The translations under genes were made by a program, and so were the position numbers. Below, one piece after another: positions 12,573 to 24,398 of a DNA stretch of 64,000 nt. The DNA is from Myxococcota bacterium (GTDB lineage: Bacteria > Myxococcota_A > UBA9160 > UBA6930). Under the pieces are notes generated by a model that saw only the letters and a program-made list of their open reading frames with translations, made no database searches and had not been told where the DNA came from. The stretch's first letter is position 1. Every line of letters begins with the position of its first letter. The stretch spans positions 4,512,001 through 4,576,000 of the forward strand of contig OZ245002.1 in assembly GCA_965223415.1 (NCBI GenBank), written 5' to 3'.

Positions 12573-14306
12573 TCAGGCCGCCGCCATCCCCTCCTCTTCC
12601 TCCGTGGCGCGCACCACCTCCTCGAGGGAGGTCACTCCCGCGAGCACCTTGCGCGCCCCGTCCATGCGCAGGGTCTGCATGCCCCCCTGCGCGGCCAGGC
12701 GCTTGATGGCCTTGGCGTCGACGTTCTGGGTCACGAGGTTGCGGATGGGGTCGTCCACGATCATCAGCTCGAAGATGCCGACCCGGCCCGCGTAGCCGGA
12801 GTCGTGGCACTGAGCGCAGCCGCCCGCGCGGTAGATCTCGACCGGTGCGTTCGCCTTGATGCCCACCTCCGCGAGCTCCTCGGGGGTGGGCTCGTAGGCC
12901 TGGCGGCAGTGCCGGCACAGCACGCGGACGAGACGCTGGGCGAGGACGGCGGAGAGGGACGAGGCCACGAGGTAGGCCTCGACGCCCATGTCGACGAGCC
13001 GGGTGATGGCGCTCGGCGCGTCGTTGGTGTGGAGGGTCGAGAAGACCAGGTGGCCGGTGAGCGAGGCCTGGATGGCGATCTCGGCGGTCTCGAGATCGCG
13101 GATCTCGCCGACCAGCACGATGTTCGGGTCCTGGCGCAGCACGGTGCGCAGGGCGCTGGCGAAGGTGAGGCCGATCTTCGGGCTCACCTCGATCTGGCTC
13201 ACGCCCGGCAGCTGGATCTCCACCGGGTCGTCGATGGTGATGATGTTGGACTCGGCGCTGTTCACCCGGGCCAGGGCGCCGTACAGGGTGGTCGTCTTGC
13301 CGCTGCCGGTCGGGCCGGTGACGAGGATGATCCCGTTGGGCCGCCGGATGAGGCGGTTCCAGATCTCGAGCTGCGCCTCGCCGAAGCCCAGGGCCTCGAG
13401 GTTGAGCATGTCGGAGGTGCGCGGCAGCAGCCGCAGCACCAGCCGCTCGCCGTGGGTGATCGGCACGGTCGAGAGCCGCACGTCGTAGTCGCGGCCGGCG
13501 ATCTTGAGGCGGATGCGGCCGTCCTGGGGCAGCCGCTTCTCGGCGATGTCGAGGCCGCCCATGATCTTGATGCGCGATACCACCGAGGGGAGCAGGGCCT
13601 TCGGCAGCGGGCTCACCGGCTCGTAGAGCACGTTGTCCACCCGGAACCGGACCCGGATCTCCTTCTCGTGGGGCTCGATGTGGATGTCGCTGGCGCGCTC
13701 CTTCACCGCCTGCTGCATCAGCGAGTCGACCAAGCGGATGATCGGCGCCTCGTCGTCGGAGTCGAGCAGGTCTTCCGGCTCCGCCGCGAGCTCGCTGGCC
13801 ACCGAGGCGAAATCGTCGGCGGCGTCCTCGAGGATCGCGTCGAGGGAGCCGGCGCCGCCGCGGTCGTAGACCTGGTTGATCGCGGTCATCACCGCGCGCT
13901 GGCCGACCAGCTCCGTCTCGATGGCAGCGCCGTCGAAGAGCAGCCGCAGGTCGTCGAGGCAGGCGGTGTCGTAGGGGTCCGACATGGCGACCCGCACCGA
14001 GCCGTCGTCGGCCCGGCCGATCGGCAGGAGGCCGTGGGCCTTGGCGAAGGAGATCGGCAGCTTCTCGACCAGGCCCTCGTCCACGTCGTCGGCGCTGATC
14101 GAGGGCCGCACCGGCAGGCCGAGCTGGGTGCCGATCGCCCCCAGCAGCTGATCCTCGCTGAGGAAGCCCAGCTCGAGCAGGTGCTCCGTGAGCTTGCCGC
14201 CCTCGTCCTGCTGGCGGCGCACCGCCTCCTCGAGCTGCTGGAGGGTGAGCGGGGTGGTCCGCAGCAGGACCTCCCGCAGCCCGAGGCGCTCGTCGATCGG
14301 ATTCAC
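12573..14306 (-). CDS. gspE: Type II secretion ATPase E
   Basis: ASDIHIEP, RLPQDGR, Walker A GPTGSGKT, LRQDPN, HTNDA, CxxC...CxxC. Start placed at GTG 14306 (GGAGAAG SD upstream); the ORF track extends it to 14333. Confidence 0.96.
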   Translation of the reverse strand: MNPIDERLGLREVLLRTTPLTLQQLEEAVRRQQDEGGKLTEHLLELGFLSEDQLLGAIGTQLGLPVRPSISADDVDEGLVEKLPISFAKAHGLLPIGRADDGSVRVAMSDPYDTACLDDLRLLFDGAAIETELVGQRAVMTAINQVYDRGGAGSLDAILEDAADDFASVASELAAEPEDLLDSDDEAPIIRLVDSLMQQAVKERASDIHIEPHEKEIRVRFRVDNVLYEPVSPLPKALLPSVVSRIKIMGGLDIAEKRLPQDGRIRLKIAGRDYDVRLSTVPITHGERLVLRLLPRTSDMLNLEALGFGEAQLEIWNRLIRRPNGIILVTGPTGSGKTTTLYGALARVNSAESNIITIDDPVEIQLPGVSQIEVSPKIGLTFASALRTVLRQDPNIVLVGEIRDLETAEIAIQASLTGHLVFSTLHTNDAPSAITRLVDMGVEAYLVASSLSAVLAQRLVRVLCRHCRQAYEPTPEELAEVGIKANAPVEIYRAGGCAQCHDSGYAGRVGIFELMIVDDPIRNLVTQNVDAKAIKRLAAQGGMQTLRMDGARKVLAGVTSLEEVVRATEEEEGMAAA

Positions 14307-14967
14307 GCGGGCTTCTCCACGGTCGTTCGACACCGCCGGCTCACTCTCCGTTCTCCACGATCGTTCGAACTCCGCCGGTCACTCTCCGTTCTCCACGATC
14401 GTTCGAACTCCGCCGGTCACTCTCCGTTCTCCACGATCGTTCGAACTCCGCCGGTCACTCTCCGTTCTCCACGATCGTTCGAACTCCGCCGGTCACTCTC
14501 CGTTCTCCACGATCGTTCGAACTCCGCCGGTCACTCTCCGTTCTCCACGATCGTTCGAACTCCGCCGGTCACTCTCCGTTCTCCACGATCGTTCGAACTC
14601 CGCCGGTCACTCTCCGTTCTCCACGATCGTTCGAACTCCGCCGGTCACTCTCCGTTCTCCACGATCGTTCGAACTCCGCCGGTCACTCTCCGTTCTCCAC
14701 GATCGTTCGAACTCCGCCGGTCACTCTCCGTTCTCCACGATCGTTCGAACTCCGCCGGTCACTCTCCGTTCTCCACGATCGTTCGAACTCCGCCGGTCAC
14801 TCTCCGTTCTCCACGATCGTTCGAACTCCGCCGGTCACTCTCCGTTCTCCACGATCGTTCGAACTCCGCCGGTCACTCTCCGTTCTCCACGATCGTTCGA
14901 ACTCCGCCGGTCACTCTCCGTTCTCCACGATCGTTCGAACTCCGCCGGTCACTCTCCGTTCTCCACG
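14303..14967. repeat. Perfect 38-bp tandem array: 16 identical units plus one degenerate unit and one partial unit
   Basis: Unit tcactctccgttctccacgatcgttcgaactccgccgg starts at 14341+38n through 14948; partial 14949-14967 is the true gspD 3' end; degenerate copy 14303-14340 carries the gspE start. No spacers. Confidence 0.97.
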
Positions 14968-17609
14968 GTGACGACCGGCGACATCTCGAAGCTCTGGCGC
15001 ATCACCTCCGCCGCCTCCTCGGCCTCCCCCAACTCGCCGAAGGGGCCGATCCGGATCTCGTAGAGCACGGTGCCGGAGCGGTCCTCGGTGACGAGGGCGC
15101 CGTCGTAGCCCGCGTCGATGAGCTGCTGGAGGGCGGCGGCGGCGGCACCTTCGTCGCCGAAGGTGGCGGCCAGCACCCCGTAGCGCTTGCCCCCGTCGAC
15201 CTGGGCCTGGGCGGCGGCCTGCTGGCGGGCCTCGCGCTCCCGGCGCTCGATCTCGCGCATCTGGTCCACGGGGTAGCGGTCGCGATGCTCGACGAGGCGC
15301 CCCCGCACCGGGTTCTTGCCCTTGAAGGGCGTCATCGAGATGCCCGCCGCCTCGGCCTCCTCGCGGCGCTCCTTCGCCTGGCGCTTCTCCTTGTCGGTGA
15401 GCCGCAGGGCCTTCTCGCTCGACTCCCAGAACTCCTCGCGCTTGCGGATCGTCTCGGTGGCGAGCTCGGCCTCGTTGCGGACGATGTGGGGCGTCAGGAA
15501 GACGAGCAGGTTCACCTTGCGCACGTCCTCGTCGGTGGTCTTGAACAGCCAGCCCAGGATCGGGATGTCGCCGAGCCAGGGCACCTTGGTCTCGATGTCG
15601 CCCTGGTTCTCGTCGATCAGCCCGCCGATCACGACCGTCTCGCCGTCGCCGACCACCACCACGTTCTCGATCTTCCGGTTCGAGAGCGCCACGCCGACCT
15701 CTTCCGCGGAGCCGGTCTGGGCGGTGAGGCCCGCGTTGATGTCCGTGATCTCCTGGAAGATCTTGAGGCGCAGGCTCTCGCCTTCGGAGATCTGGGGCGT
15801 CACCCGCAGGGTGATGCCGATGTCCTGGCGCTCGATGTTCTGGCTCGTGGCGAGGCCGCCGGTGCTCTGGCCCGCCGCCGACTCCACGCGACTGGTGACG
15901 ATCGGGATGTTGTTGCCGACCTTGATCTCCGCCTCCTCGTTGTCGAGGGTGAGCACGTGGGGGGCGGAGAGGATGTTCGTGCTGGTGAGGGAGGCGCTGG
16001 CGCGGATGATGCCCTGGATGAGGGAGCCGCTGAAGAGAGGATTGCCAAAGCCGTCTGTGGCCTGCTCGAGGGCGCCGGTCGCCAGGCCGGTCATCGGATC
16101 GAGGGCCGGCACCATGACCTGTGACACCGTGCTCCGGGTGGCTGCGGCAAAGAGGCTGCTCAGAATCGAGTTGCCCAGGGTTCCAGCGCCGGTATCCGTT
16201 GTGCCGCCGTTCCCGTCCGTCGTCGACGAACCGAAGACGTTCGGAACCGCTCCGCTATCCGTGACTGAACCCAGCGCATAGCTCGTGTTGCCCCGGAAGA
16301 TCCGACCGAAGCCGTTGAAGCCGAGGTCCCGCGCGTCGGTGACATCGACCTCCATGATCAGCGCCTCGACCAGCACCTGGGGCCGGGCGATGTCGAGCTG
16401 GGCGATCACCTGGGCGAGGGTGTCGTAGCCCTCCCGGGTCGCCTGGATGACGAGCGAGTTGGTCGGCGCGTCCGCCGTCACGGTGACGCCGTCGGCCAGC
16501 TCGGTGATGGCGGCCCGCAGGGCCGGGTTCGCCGCCACGCCGCCCACCGCCGCGGCGCCGCCCGGCGAGGCCGGCGGCTGGCCGCCGATCAGGGTGGAGA
16601 GGGTGGTCGCCAGCTCCTCGGCGTCCGCGTGCCTCAGGTAGTAGACGTGGATGCGCCCGCCGCCGGTCACCGGCACGTCGAGGCGCTGGATCACCTCGCG
16701 GATCTCCGCCACCCGCTGGCGGGAGGCGAGGACGATCAGCGAGTTCGTGCGCTCGTCGGTGATCAGCCGGACCCGACCCTTGGGGGCGCCGACGTTGGCG
16801 GCCGCCTGGACGGCCTGGGGAGTGCGCCGGGCGCGGGCCCGGGCCACGGGCTGGCCGGTAGCGCTGGTCACCTCGGCTTCGAAGATCTCGGAGAGCTGGG
16901 CCGCGAGGGTGGTCGCGTCCGCGTGCCGCACCTGGATGACCGTCAGCTCCTCCTTGTAGGTCTCCACGTCGATCGACTGGAGGATGGAGAGGATGCGCCG
17001 GATGTTGGAGGCCGAGTCCGTGAGGATCACCGTGTTGGTGGGCGGGTAGGCCACCATCGAGGCGTCCTTCGAGACCAGCGGCTTCACCGTGTTGGTGATG
17101 GCCTCGGCGTCGATGAAGCGAAGGGGGATGAGCCGCGTGATGAAGCGGTCGCTCTTCGGCGTGGCCGCGCGACCGCGAACGGTCTCGACGTTGCTCTCCT
17201 TGGCCTCGCGGATCGGAATCACCTTGATCGCGCCGCCCGGCGTCTCCACCGTGGTGAAGCCCTTCACCTGGAGGACGGACTCGAAAACCGCGTAGGCCTC
17301 CTCGCGGGTGATCTTGGTGGGCGAGACGATCGTGACGCGCCCGCGCACCCGATCGTCGTAGATGAAGTTCTTGTTCGTGAGGCGAGCGATGGTGTCGATC
17401 ACGACCGAGAGCTCGACGTCGGTGAAGTCGAGCTGCACGTGGCCGTTGTCGGTGGTGAGGCCGTCTTCCGGCGGGGCCTGGGCGGCGGCACCGCCGGCCA
17501 GGAGGATCAGGAGCAAGGCGACGACGCCACGGTGCAGCAGCGAACGCATCCGCCCGGGGCCTTCCATCTTCGAAACCAGCGGTCGCATCAGCGTGGGACT
17601 CCCCATCAT
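14949..17609 (-). CDS. gspD: Type II secretion secretin D with C-terminal SPOR-like domain
   Basis: LDFTDVEL...NFIYDDRVRGRVTIVSP (N0); QVLVEALIMEV; ILSAPHVLTLDNEEAEIKVG; KVPWLGDIPILGWLF; NLLVFLTPHIV. Start uncertain (17609 by ATGA overlap, or 17549). Confidence 0.95.
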   Translation of the reverse strand: MMGSPTLMRPLVSKMEGPGRMRSLLHRGVVALLLILLAGGAAAQAPPEDGLTTDNGHVQLDFTDVELSVVIDTIARLTNKNFIYDDRVRGRVTIVSPTKITREEAYAVFESVLQVKGFTTVETPGGAIKVIPIREAKESNVETVRGRAATPKSDRFITRLIPLRFIDAEAITNTVKPLVSKDASMVAYPPTNTVILTDSASNIRRILSILQSIDVETYKEELTVIQVRHADATTLAAQLSEIFEAEVTSATGQPVARARARRTPQAVQAAANVGAPKGRVRLITDERTNSLIVLASRQRVAEIREVIQRLDVPVTGGGRIHVYYLRHADAEELATTLSTLIGGQPPASPGGAAAVGGVAANPALRAAITELADGVTVTADAPTNSLVIQATREGYDTLAQVIAQLDIARPQVLVEALIMEVDVTDARDLGFNGFGRIFRGNTSYALGSVTDSGAVPNVFGSSTTDGNGGTTDTGAGTLGNSILSSLFAAATRSTVSQVMVPALDPMTGLATGALEQATDGFGNPLFSGSLIQGIIRASASLTSTNILSAPHVLTLDNEEAEIKVGNNIPIVTSRVESAAGQSTGGLATSQNIERQDIGITLRVTPQISEGESLRLKIFQEITDINAGLTAQTGSAEEVGVALSNRKIENVVVVGDGETVVIGGLIDENQGDIETKVPWLGDIPILGWLFKTTDEDVRKVNLLVFLTPHIVRNEAELATETIRKREEFWESSEKALRLTDKEKRQAKERREEAEAAGISMTPFKGKNPVRGRLVEHRDRYPVDQMREIERREREARQQAAAQAQVDGGKRYGVLAATFGDEGAAAAALQQLIDAGYDGALVTEDRSGTVLYEIRIGPFGELGEAEEAAEVMRQSFEMSPVVTVENGE

Positions 17610-18490
17610 CGAATCTCGTACTGGAGCTGACGGACCTGCCCGTCGCGTCCCGTGACGGTGACGCTGAATTGCTGAGAGGTCGAGAGCTCGCTCAGCACCT
17701 GTGCACTCTCCTGCTGGCCCGTCACCTGGATTCCGTTGAACTCGGTGATGGTGTCGCCGTCCTGGATGCCGATCTGCTGGAAGAGGCTCCCCGCCTTGAT
17801 CGCGTTCAGCTGCACGCCCACCATCTGTCCGTTCTCATACTTCGGCAGGATGCGGGCCTGAGAGAAGAGGGCGGCGGGATTGTTCGCCACGCTGTTCACG
17901 TCCTGGCGCTCGACGGCGAAGCGGTTCTCGGCCAGCTGCTCGACCTGCGGGTTGCGGGCGGGCCGGGCGCGGGGTCGCGCGCGGGCGGTCCGGCGAGCCG
18001 GGCGCGTCGATTTGCCCCCGTTCTCCTCCTTGAGGGCGAGCTCCTCGCGGCGGGGCCCGTTCTGGAGGACGATGCGGCGGCGCTCGATGCGCAGCACGTC
18101 CGCGCGACCCTTGAGCCGGTCGCCCACCCGCACGACCAGATGGGTGCGGGTCTCCAGGTCCTCGACCGCGGCCCAGGAGAGTGCCGTGTCCTCGTGGGCG
18201 GCGGTGCCGAGGAGCTCCAGCGGGAGCTTCGTCTTGGCGTACTTCTCCTCCTCCGTCGGTGGCGGAGCCGTGGGCGCAAGGGTGGAGGCGTTGAAGGGGT
18301 TGCGGCTGATGATGATCTGGCGCGCGTCCCAGCTCCGGTCCGTCGGAGGGATCGGGATGGGCTGGACGTGGGCGGCGCCGGCCGCGGGCTCCAGCACCGA
18401 GCCGGACACGGCGGCGATCACCCGTGCCGCGAAGAAGCAGCAGGCCGCCACCAGGGCGACGTTGATGCCGAGGATCAGCGCGCGGCTCAC
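17606..18490 (-). CDS. gspC: Type II secretion protein C with PDZ domain
   Basis: N-terminal TM, TKLPLELLGT HR domain, C-terminal PDZ (GSLFQQIGIQDGDTITEFNG). Confidence 0.9.
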   Translation of the reverse strand: MSRALILGINVALVAACCFFAARVIAAVSGSVLEPAAGAAHVQPIPIPPTDRSWDARQIIISRNPFNASTLAPTAPPPTEEEKYAKTKLPLELLGTAAHEDTALSWAAVEDLETRTHLVVRVGDRLKGRADVLRIERRRIVLQNGPRREELALKEENGGKSTRPARRTARARPRARPARNPQVEQLAENRFAVERQDVNSVANNPAALFSQARILPKYENGQMVGVQLNAIKAGSLFQQIGIQDGDTITEFNGIQVTGQQESAQVLSELSTSQQFSVTVTGRDGQVRQLQYEIR

Positions 18491-18579
18491 GCGGCGCCCT
18501 CGTTCGTGCCGGTCATGCCCACGGTACCCCTCCGCTCGGCTCGGCCCGGGGCGGCGCTGCCACCCCCAGGGAACGGCCG

Positions 18580-18608
18580 AGTATATCGCCCCGGGCCGCC
18601 GTCTCCAA
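18580..18608 (-). promoter_or_regulatory. Candidate sigma70 promoter of gsp operon
   Basis: Minus strand TTGGAG-N17-TATACT, about 90 bp upstream of gspC. Confidence 0.5.
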
Positions 18609-18750
18609 GCCGGTTTCCTCGCAATTCCGGGGGGTTATCGCGTCTACCGCGCGTGCTCTCGGTGATCGGGTTCACACCCTCGGCGATTCGATGCCCGCGC
18701 CACCCGGGAGGTTCCCCGGGCCACTTCCCGAGACGAGATCGACCGTGTCC

Positions 18751-19161
18751 ATGCCGCCTCTCCGCACCCTCCGTTGGCTCCTCCCCGCCTCCGCCGCGGG
18801 GCTGGCGGCGGGCGTCGGTTTGGGGGCGTTCCTGCTGCTGGGCCCGGTCCTGCTCGACGTCCAGGCGCCCGCCGGCGCCGCGACCGTGGGGCTCGAGGGG
18901 GTGGAGGTGTTCCTGCGCTTCGACGCGGAGCGCACCCGCCACGCCACCTTCCGGGCGCTCCTGAACGGCGCCGACGTCACCGACGAGCTGGAGGTGGCCC
19001 CGAACGGTGTCCACGGCTCCCTCCACGGCCTCCTCCACGGCGACAACGAGCTGCGTTTCGAGGTCTACGGCGAGGGCTACTGGCCCCCGGATCTCCTGGT
19101 CGAGGAGACCCGCAGCTACTCGATCCGCTACCGCCCACCCCTCGACCTCGACCGCGGATGA
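18751..19161 (+). CDS. Hypothetical membrane-anchored/exported protein (small beta-sandwich-like)
   Basis: Host-like codon usage; N-terminal hydrophobic segment; LNGADVT...[12 protein letters not shown]. Confidence 0.65.
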   Translation: MPPLRTLRWLLPASAAGLAAGVGLGAFLLLGPVLLDVQAPAGAATVGLEGVEVFLRFDAERTRHATFRALLNGADVTDELEVAPNGVHGSLHGLLHGDNELRFEVYGEGYWPPDLLVEETRSYSIRYRPPLDLDRG

Positions 19162-19264
19162 AGTAAACGGGGCTGGCCCCCTTCTGTTCCCCCGGGGGCA
19201 TCTTGACGGGGGGCGGCTGGGGACCAGGCTTCGCGGGCACATCTGCGAGGAGGCCTGCAGGGAC

Positions 19265-21175
<1,911 letters not shown>

Positions 21176-21181
21176 GCCCCC

Positions 21182-23563
21182 TTGGACGAGCTCGAAGCCA
21201 CGAGCCCGGAGGTCGCGCAGGAGGTCGGCGAGCTGCCGGGCGACCTGCCCATCCTGCCGCTCAAGAACACGGTCATCTTCCCGCACCTGCTGGCACCGCT
21301 ACTGGTCAACACGGAGCGCTCGAAGACGTTGATCGACGCGGTCCTCGCCGACCCGGATCGGCTGATGATGAGCGTCGCGGTCAACCGGCCGCTCGAGGGA
21401 AGTCCGCGCACGGAGGATCTCCACCGCACCGGCACCGTGCTTCGCATCGTGAAGATGCTGAAGTTCCCGGACGACTCCTACCGGCTGCTGGTCCAGGGGG
21501 CGGGCCGGGCCCGCGTGACCGAGTTCCTCGACGAGGACCCGTTCTTCCGCGGCCGCATCGAGGACCTGAAGGACCACGGGGACGCGACCTCCGTCGAGGC
21601 CCTGGCGCTGACCCGCGAGGTGCGGGACCAGTTCGTGGGCCTGGTCTCCGAGTCGAGCCGGCTCTCGGACGAGCTCCAGGTGCTGGCGATGAACGTCGAG
21701 GAGCCGGCGCGGCTTGCGGACCTGGTCGCTTCGAACCTCGATCTCGACATCGCCGGCAAGCAGGCCTTCCTGGAAGAGCTCGACGTGGTGGCCCGCCTGC
21801 ACCGCGCCCGCGACGAGCTGCGCCGCGCCGGCGACGCGATCCAGATCGAGAGCGAGATCCGCGAGAAGGTCCAGAGCGAGATGGGGCGCAGCCAGCGGGA
21901 GTACATGCTGCGCCAGCAGCTCGACCACATCCGCAAGGAGCTGGGCGAGGCCGAGGACGAGGAGGCCGAGGCCGACGTCCTGCGCGACAAGATCGAGGCG
22001 GCGCGGATGCCCGAGGAGGCCGAGAAGCAGGCCCTCCGGGAGCTCGAGCGTCTGGAGCAGACCCCCACCGCCTCCGCCGAGCACGGCGTGATCCGCACCT
22101 ATCTCGAGTGGATGGTCGATCTCCCGTGGAGCCAGACCAGCGAAGACCAGCTCTCCGTCGAGGAGGCCCGGTGCGTCCTCGACGAGGACCACTTCGGCCT
22201 CGAGAAGGTGAAAGACCGCATCGTCGAGTACATCGCCGTGCTCTCCCTGAAGCGCGACCTGCGCGGGCCGATCCTGTGCTTCGTGGGCCCGCCGGGCACG
22301 GGCAAGACCTCACTCGGCCGGTCGATCGCCCGGGCGCTCGGCCGCCAGTTCGAGCGCATCTCCCTGGGCGGCGTGCGGGACGAGGCGGAGATCCGCGGCC
22401 ATCGCCGCACCTACGTGGGAGCGCTGCCCGGGCGGGTCGTCCAGGGCATGCGCCGCGCCGGGACGCGCAACCCGGTGTTCCTCCTCGACGAGGTGGACAA
22501 GGTGGGCGCCGACTACCGGGGCGATCCTTCGTCGGCGCTCCTCGAGGTGCTCGATCCGGAGCAGAACAGCACCTTCAGCGACCACTACCTGGAGGTCCCC
22601 TTCGACCTGTCCCAGGTGCTCTTCATCGCCACGGCCAACCAGATGGAGCCGGTGCCCGCCGCCCTCCAGGACCGCATGGAGGTGATCGAGCTGCCCGGCT
22701 ACACGGAGGAGGACAAGGTCGAGATCGCCCGCCGTTTCCTGATCCCCCGCCAGCGGGAGGCCAACGGCGTGGCGGAGATCGACCTGCGCATCAGCGACGA
22801 CGCCGTGCGCACGGTGATCCGCAGCTACACCCGCGAGGCTGGCGTGCGGAACCTGGAGCGCGAGCTCGGCAAGCTCTGCCGCAAGGTCGCGCGTCGGGTC
22901 GCCGAGGGCCAGCTGGCCGAGGGCGAGGCGTCGGTGATCGACGCCCCGGACCTGGCGGAGCTGCTCGGGCCGATCCGCTTCGAGCCGGAGCTGGCGGAGC
23001 GCACCGGGCAGCCCGGCGTGGCTGTGGGCCTGGCCTACACGCCGGCGGGAGGCGACATCCTGTTCGTCGAGAGCACCCAGATGCCCGGCCGCGGGGGGCT
23101 CAAGCTGACCGGCTCCCTCGGCGACGTGATGCGGGAGTCTGCCGAGGCCGCGCGCACCTGGCTCCAGGCCCGGGCCGAGCAGTTCGAGCTCGACCGGGAG
23201 GCCTTCGAGAAGCGCGACTTCCACCTGCACGTGCCCGCGGGCGCCGTGCCCAAGGACGGGCCCTCGGCCGGCGTCGCCATGGTCACCTCCCTGGCCTCCC
23301 TGATGCTCGGGCGGCCCGCCGCACCGGAAGTGGCGATGACCGGCGAGATCACCCTGCGCGGCAAGGTGCTGCCCGTGGGCGGCATCAAGGAGAAGGTGCT
23401 GGCGGCCAAGCGCTCGGGCATCCGCCGGGTCGTGCTCCCGGAGCGCAACCGGCGCGACGTGGAGGAGATCCAGCCGGAGCTGCTCAAGGGCCTCGAGTTC
23501 GACTACGTTTCGGCGATCGATGAGGCCCTCGATCGGATCCTGCTTCCCGCCGCGGCGGACTGA
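21182..23563 (+). CDS. lon: ATP-dependent Lon protease (paralog 1)
   Basis: [14 protein letters not shown]-domain, [37 protein letters not shown]. Confidence 0.97.
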   Translation: MDELEATSPEVAQEVGELPGDLPILPLKNTVIFPHLLAPLLVNTERSKTLIDAVLADPDRLMMSVAVNRPLEGSPRTEDLHRTGTVLRIVKMLKFPDDSYRLLVQGAGRARVTEFLDEDPFFRGRIEDLKDHGDATSVEALALTREVRDQFVGLVSESSRLSDELQVLAMNVEEPARLADLVASNLDLDIAGKQAFLEELDVVARLHRARDELRRAGDAIQIESEIREKVQSEMGRSQREYMLRQQLDHIRKELGEAEDEEAEADVLRDKIEAARMPEEAEKQALRELERLEQTPTASAEHGVIRTYLEWMVDLPWSQTSEDQLSVEEARCVLDEDHFGLEKVKDRIVEYIAVLSLKRDLRGPILCFVGPPGTGKTSLGRSIARALGRQFERISLGGVRDEAEIRGHRRTYVGALPGRVVQGMRRAGTRNPVFLLDEVDKVGADYRGDPSSALLEVLDPEQNSTFSDHYLEVPFDLSQVLFIATANQMEPVPAALQDRMEVIELPGYTEEDKVEIARRFLIPRQREANGVAEIDLRISDDAVRTVIRSYTREAGVRNLERELGKLCRKVARRVAEGQLAEGEASVIDAPDLAELLGPIRFEPELAERTGQPGVAVGLAYTPAGGDILFVESTQMPGRGGLKLTGSLGDVMRESAEAARTWLQARAEQFELDREAFEKRDFHLHVPAGAVPKDGPSAGVAMVTSLASLMLGRPAAPEVAMTGEITLRGKVLPVGGIKEKVLAAKRSGIRRVVLPERNRRDVEEIQPELLKGLEFDYVSAIDEALDRILLPAAAD

Positions 23564-24398
23564 GCGCCGGCACCCCACGGCGGCGCTGCTTGCCGCCTTC
23601 CTCGCTGCAGGCTGCGTGCTGCCCGGCACCCACGCCGAGGTGGTGGACGAGCGCGATGCGCTGCGCGGCGAGCGGGCCCGCCTCGAGAAGCGCGTCCAGC
23701 TCCTCGAGGCATCGAACGAGAGCCTGAGCGGCGAGCGCGTGACGCTCCTGGACCAGGTGGAGGACCTGCGGCTCACCGGCGAGGAGCTGGCGGCGCGCCG
23801 GGCCGACCTCGAGGGCCAGGTGGCCGAGCTCACGACCCGGCGGGACGAGCTGGCGGCGGATCTCGCGTCGCGGACCCGCGAGGTGGAGGAAGAGCAGCAG
23901 GAAGTGGACGAGCTGCGCTCCACCTACGACGAGCTCGTCACCGAGCTCCAGAGCGAGGTGGCCGCGGGCCGGATCGAGATCGAGCGGCTGCGCGAGGGCC
24001 TGCAGGTGAAGCTCTCCCAGGAGATCCTGTTTCCGAAGGGCTCCGCCCGGGTGTCTGCGGGAGGGCGGGGCGTGCTGGAGCGGGTGGCCGGGCGGCTGGG
24101 CGGGGAGGGGCACGCGGTCCAGGTGCTCGGGCACACCGATCCCCACGCGATTCGCGGGCGGCTGGCCCAGCAGTATCCCTCGAACTGGGAGCTCGGCGCC
24201 GCGCGGGCCGCCGCCGTGGTGCGGATCCTGGAGGGGGCGGGCGTGGCGTCGGCGCGCCTCTCCGCCATCTCCCACGGGCCCCACCGGCCGGTTGCGTCGA
24301 ACGACTCCGCCGAAGGGCGCGCGCGCAACCGGCGCATCGAGATCCGCCTGCAGCCGGAGCCCGGGACGGAGAGCCAGGCGCCCACCGCCGCCGAGTGA
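23520..24398 (+). CDS. OmpA/MotB-family peptidoglycan-binding lipoprotein with long coiled coil
   Basis: LAAGC lipobox-like; coiled coil; [22 protein letters not shown] motifs. Start uncertain. Confidence 0.85.
   Translation: MRPSIGSCFPPRRTERRHPTAALLAAFLAAGCVLPGTHAEVVDERDALRGERARLEKRVQLLEASNESLSGERVTLLDQVEDLRLTGEELAARRADLEGQVAELTTRRDELAADLASRTREVEEEQQEVDELRSTYDELVTELQSEVAAGRIEIERLREGLQVKLSQEILFPKGSARVSAGGRGVLERVAGRLGGEGHAVQVLGHTDPHAIRGRLAQQYPSNWELGAARAAAVVRILEGAGVASARLSAISHGPHRPVASNDSAEGRARNRRIEIRLQPEPGTESQAPTAAE

Noticed and set aside
14341..14948. CRISPR array
   Set aside because: Units are identical and contiguous with no unique spacers, they derive from the gspD 3' end, and no cas genes are in the window.
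12555..16124. Plus-strand repeat-protein ORFs (1189 aa; 291 aa at 14188-15063)
   Set aside because: Antisense to gspE/gspD; they are open only because the 38-mer has no plus-strand stop.
19162..19264. CIRCE element before dnaK
   Set aside because: No TTAGCACTC-N9-GAGTGCTAA match.
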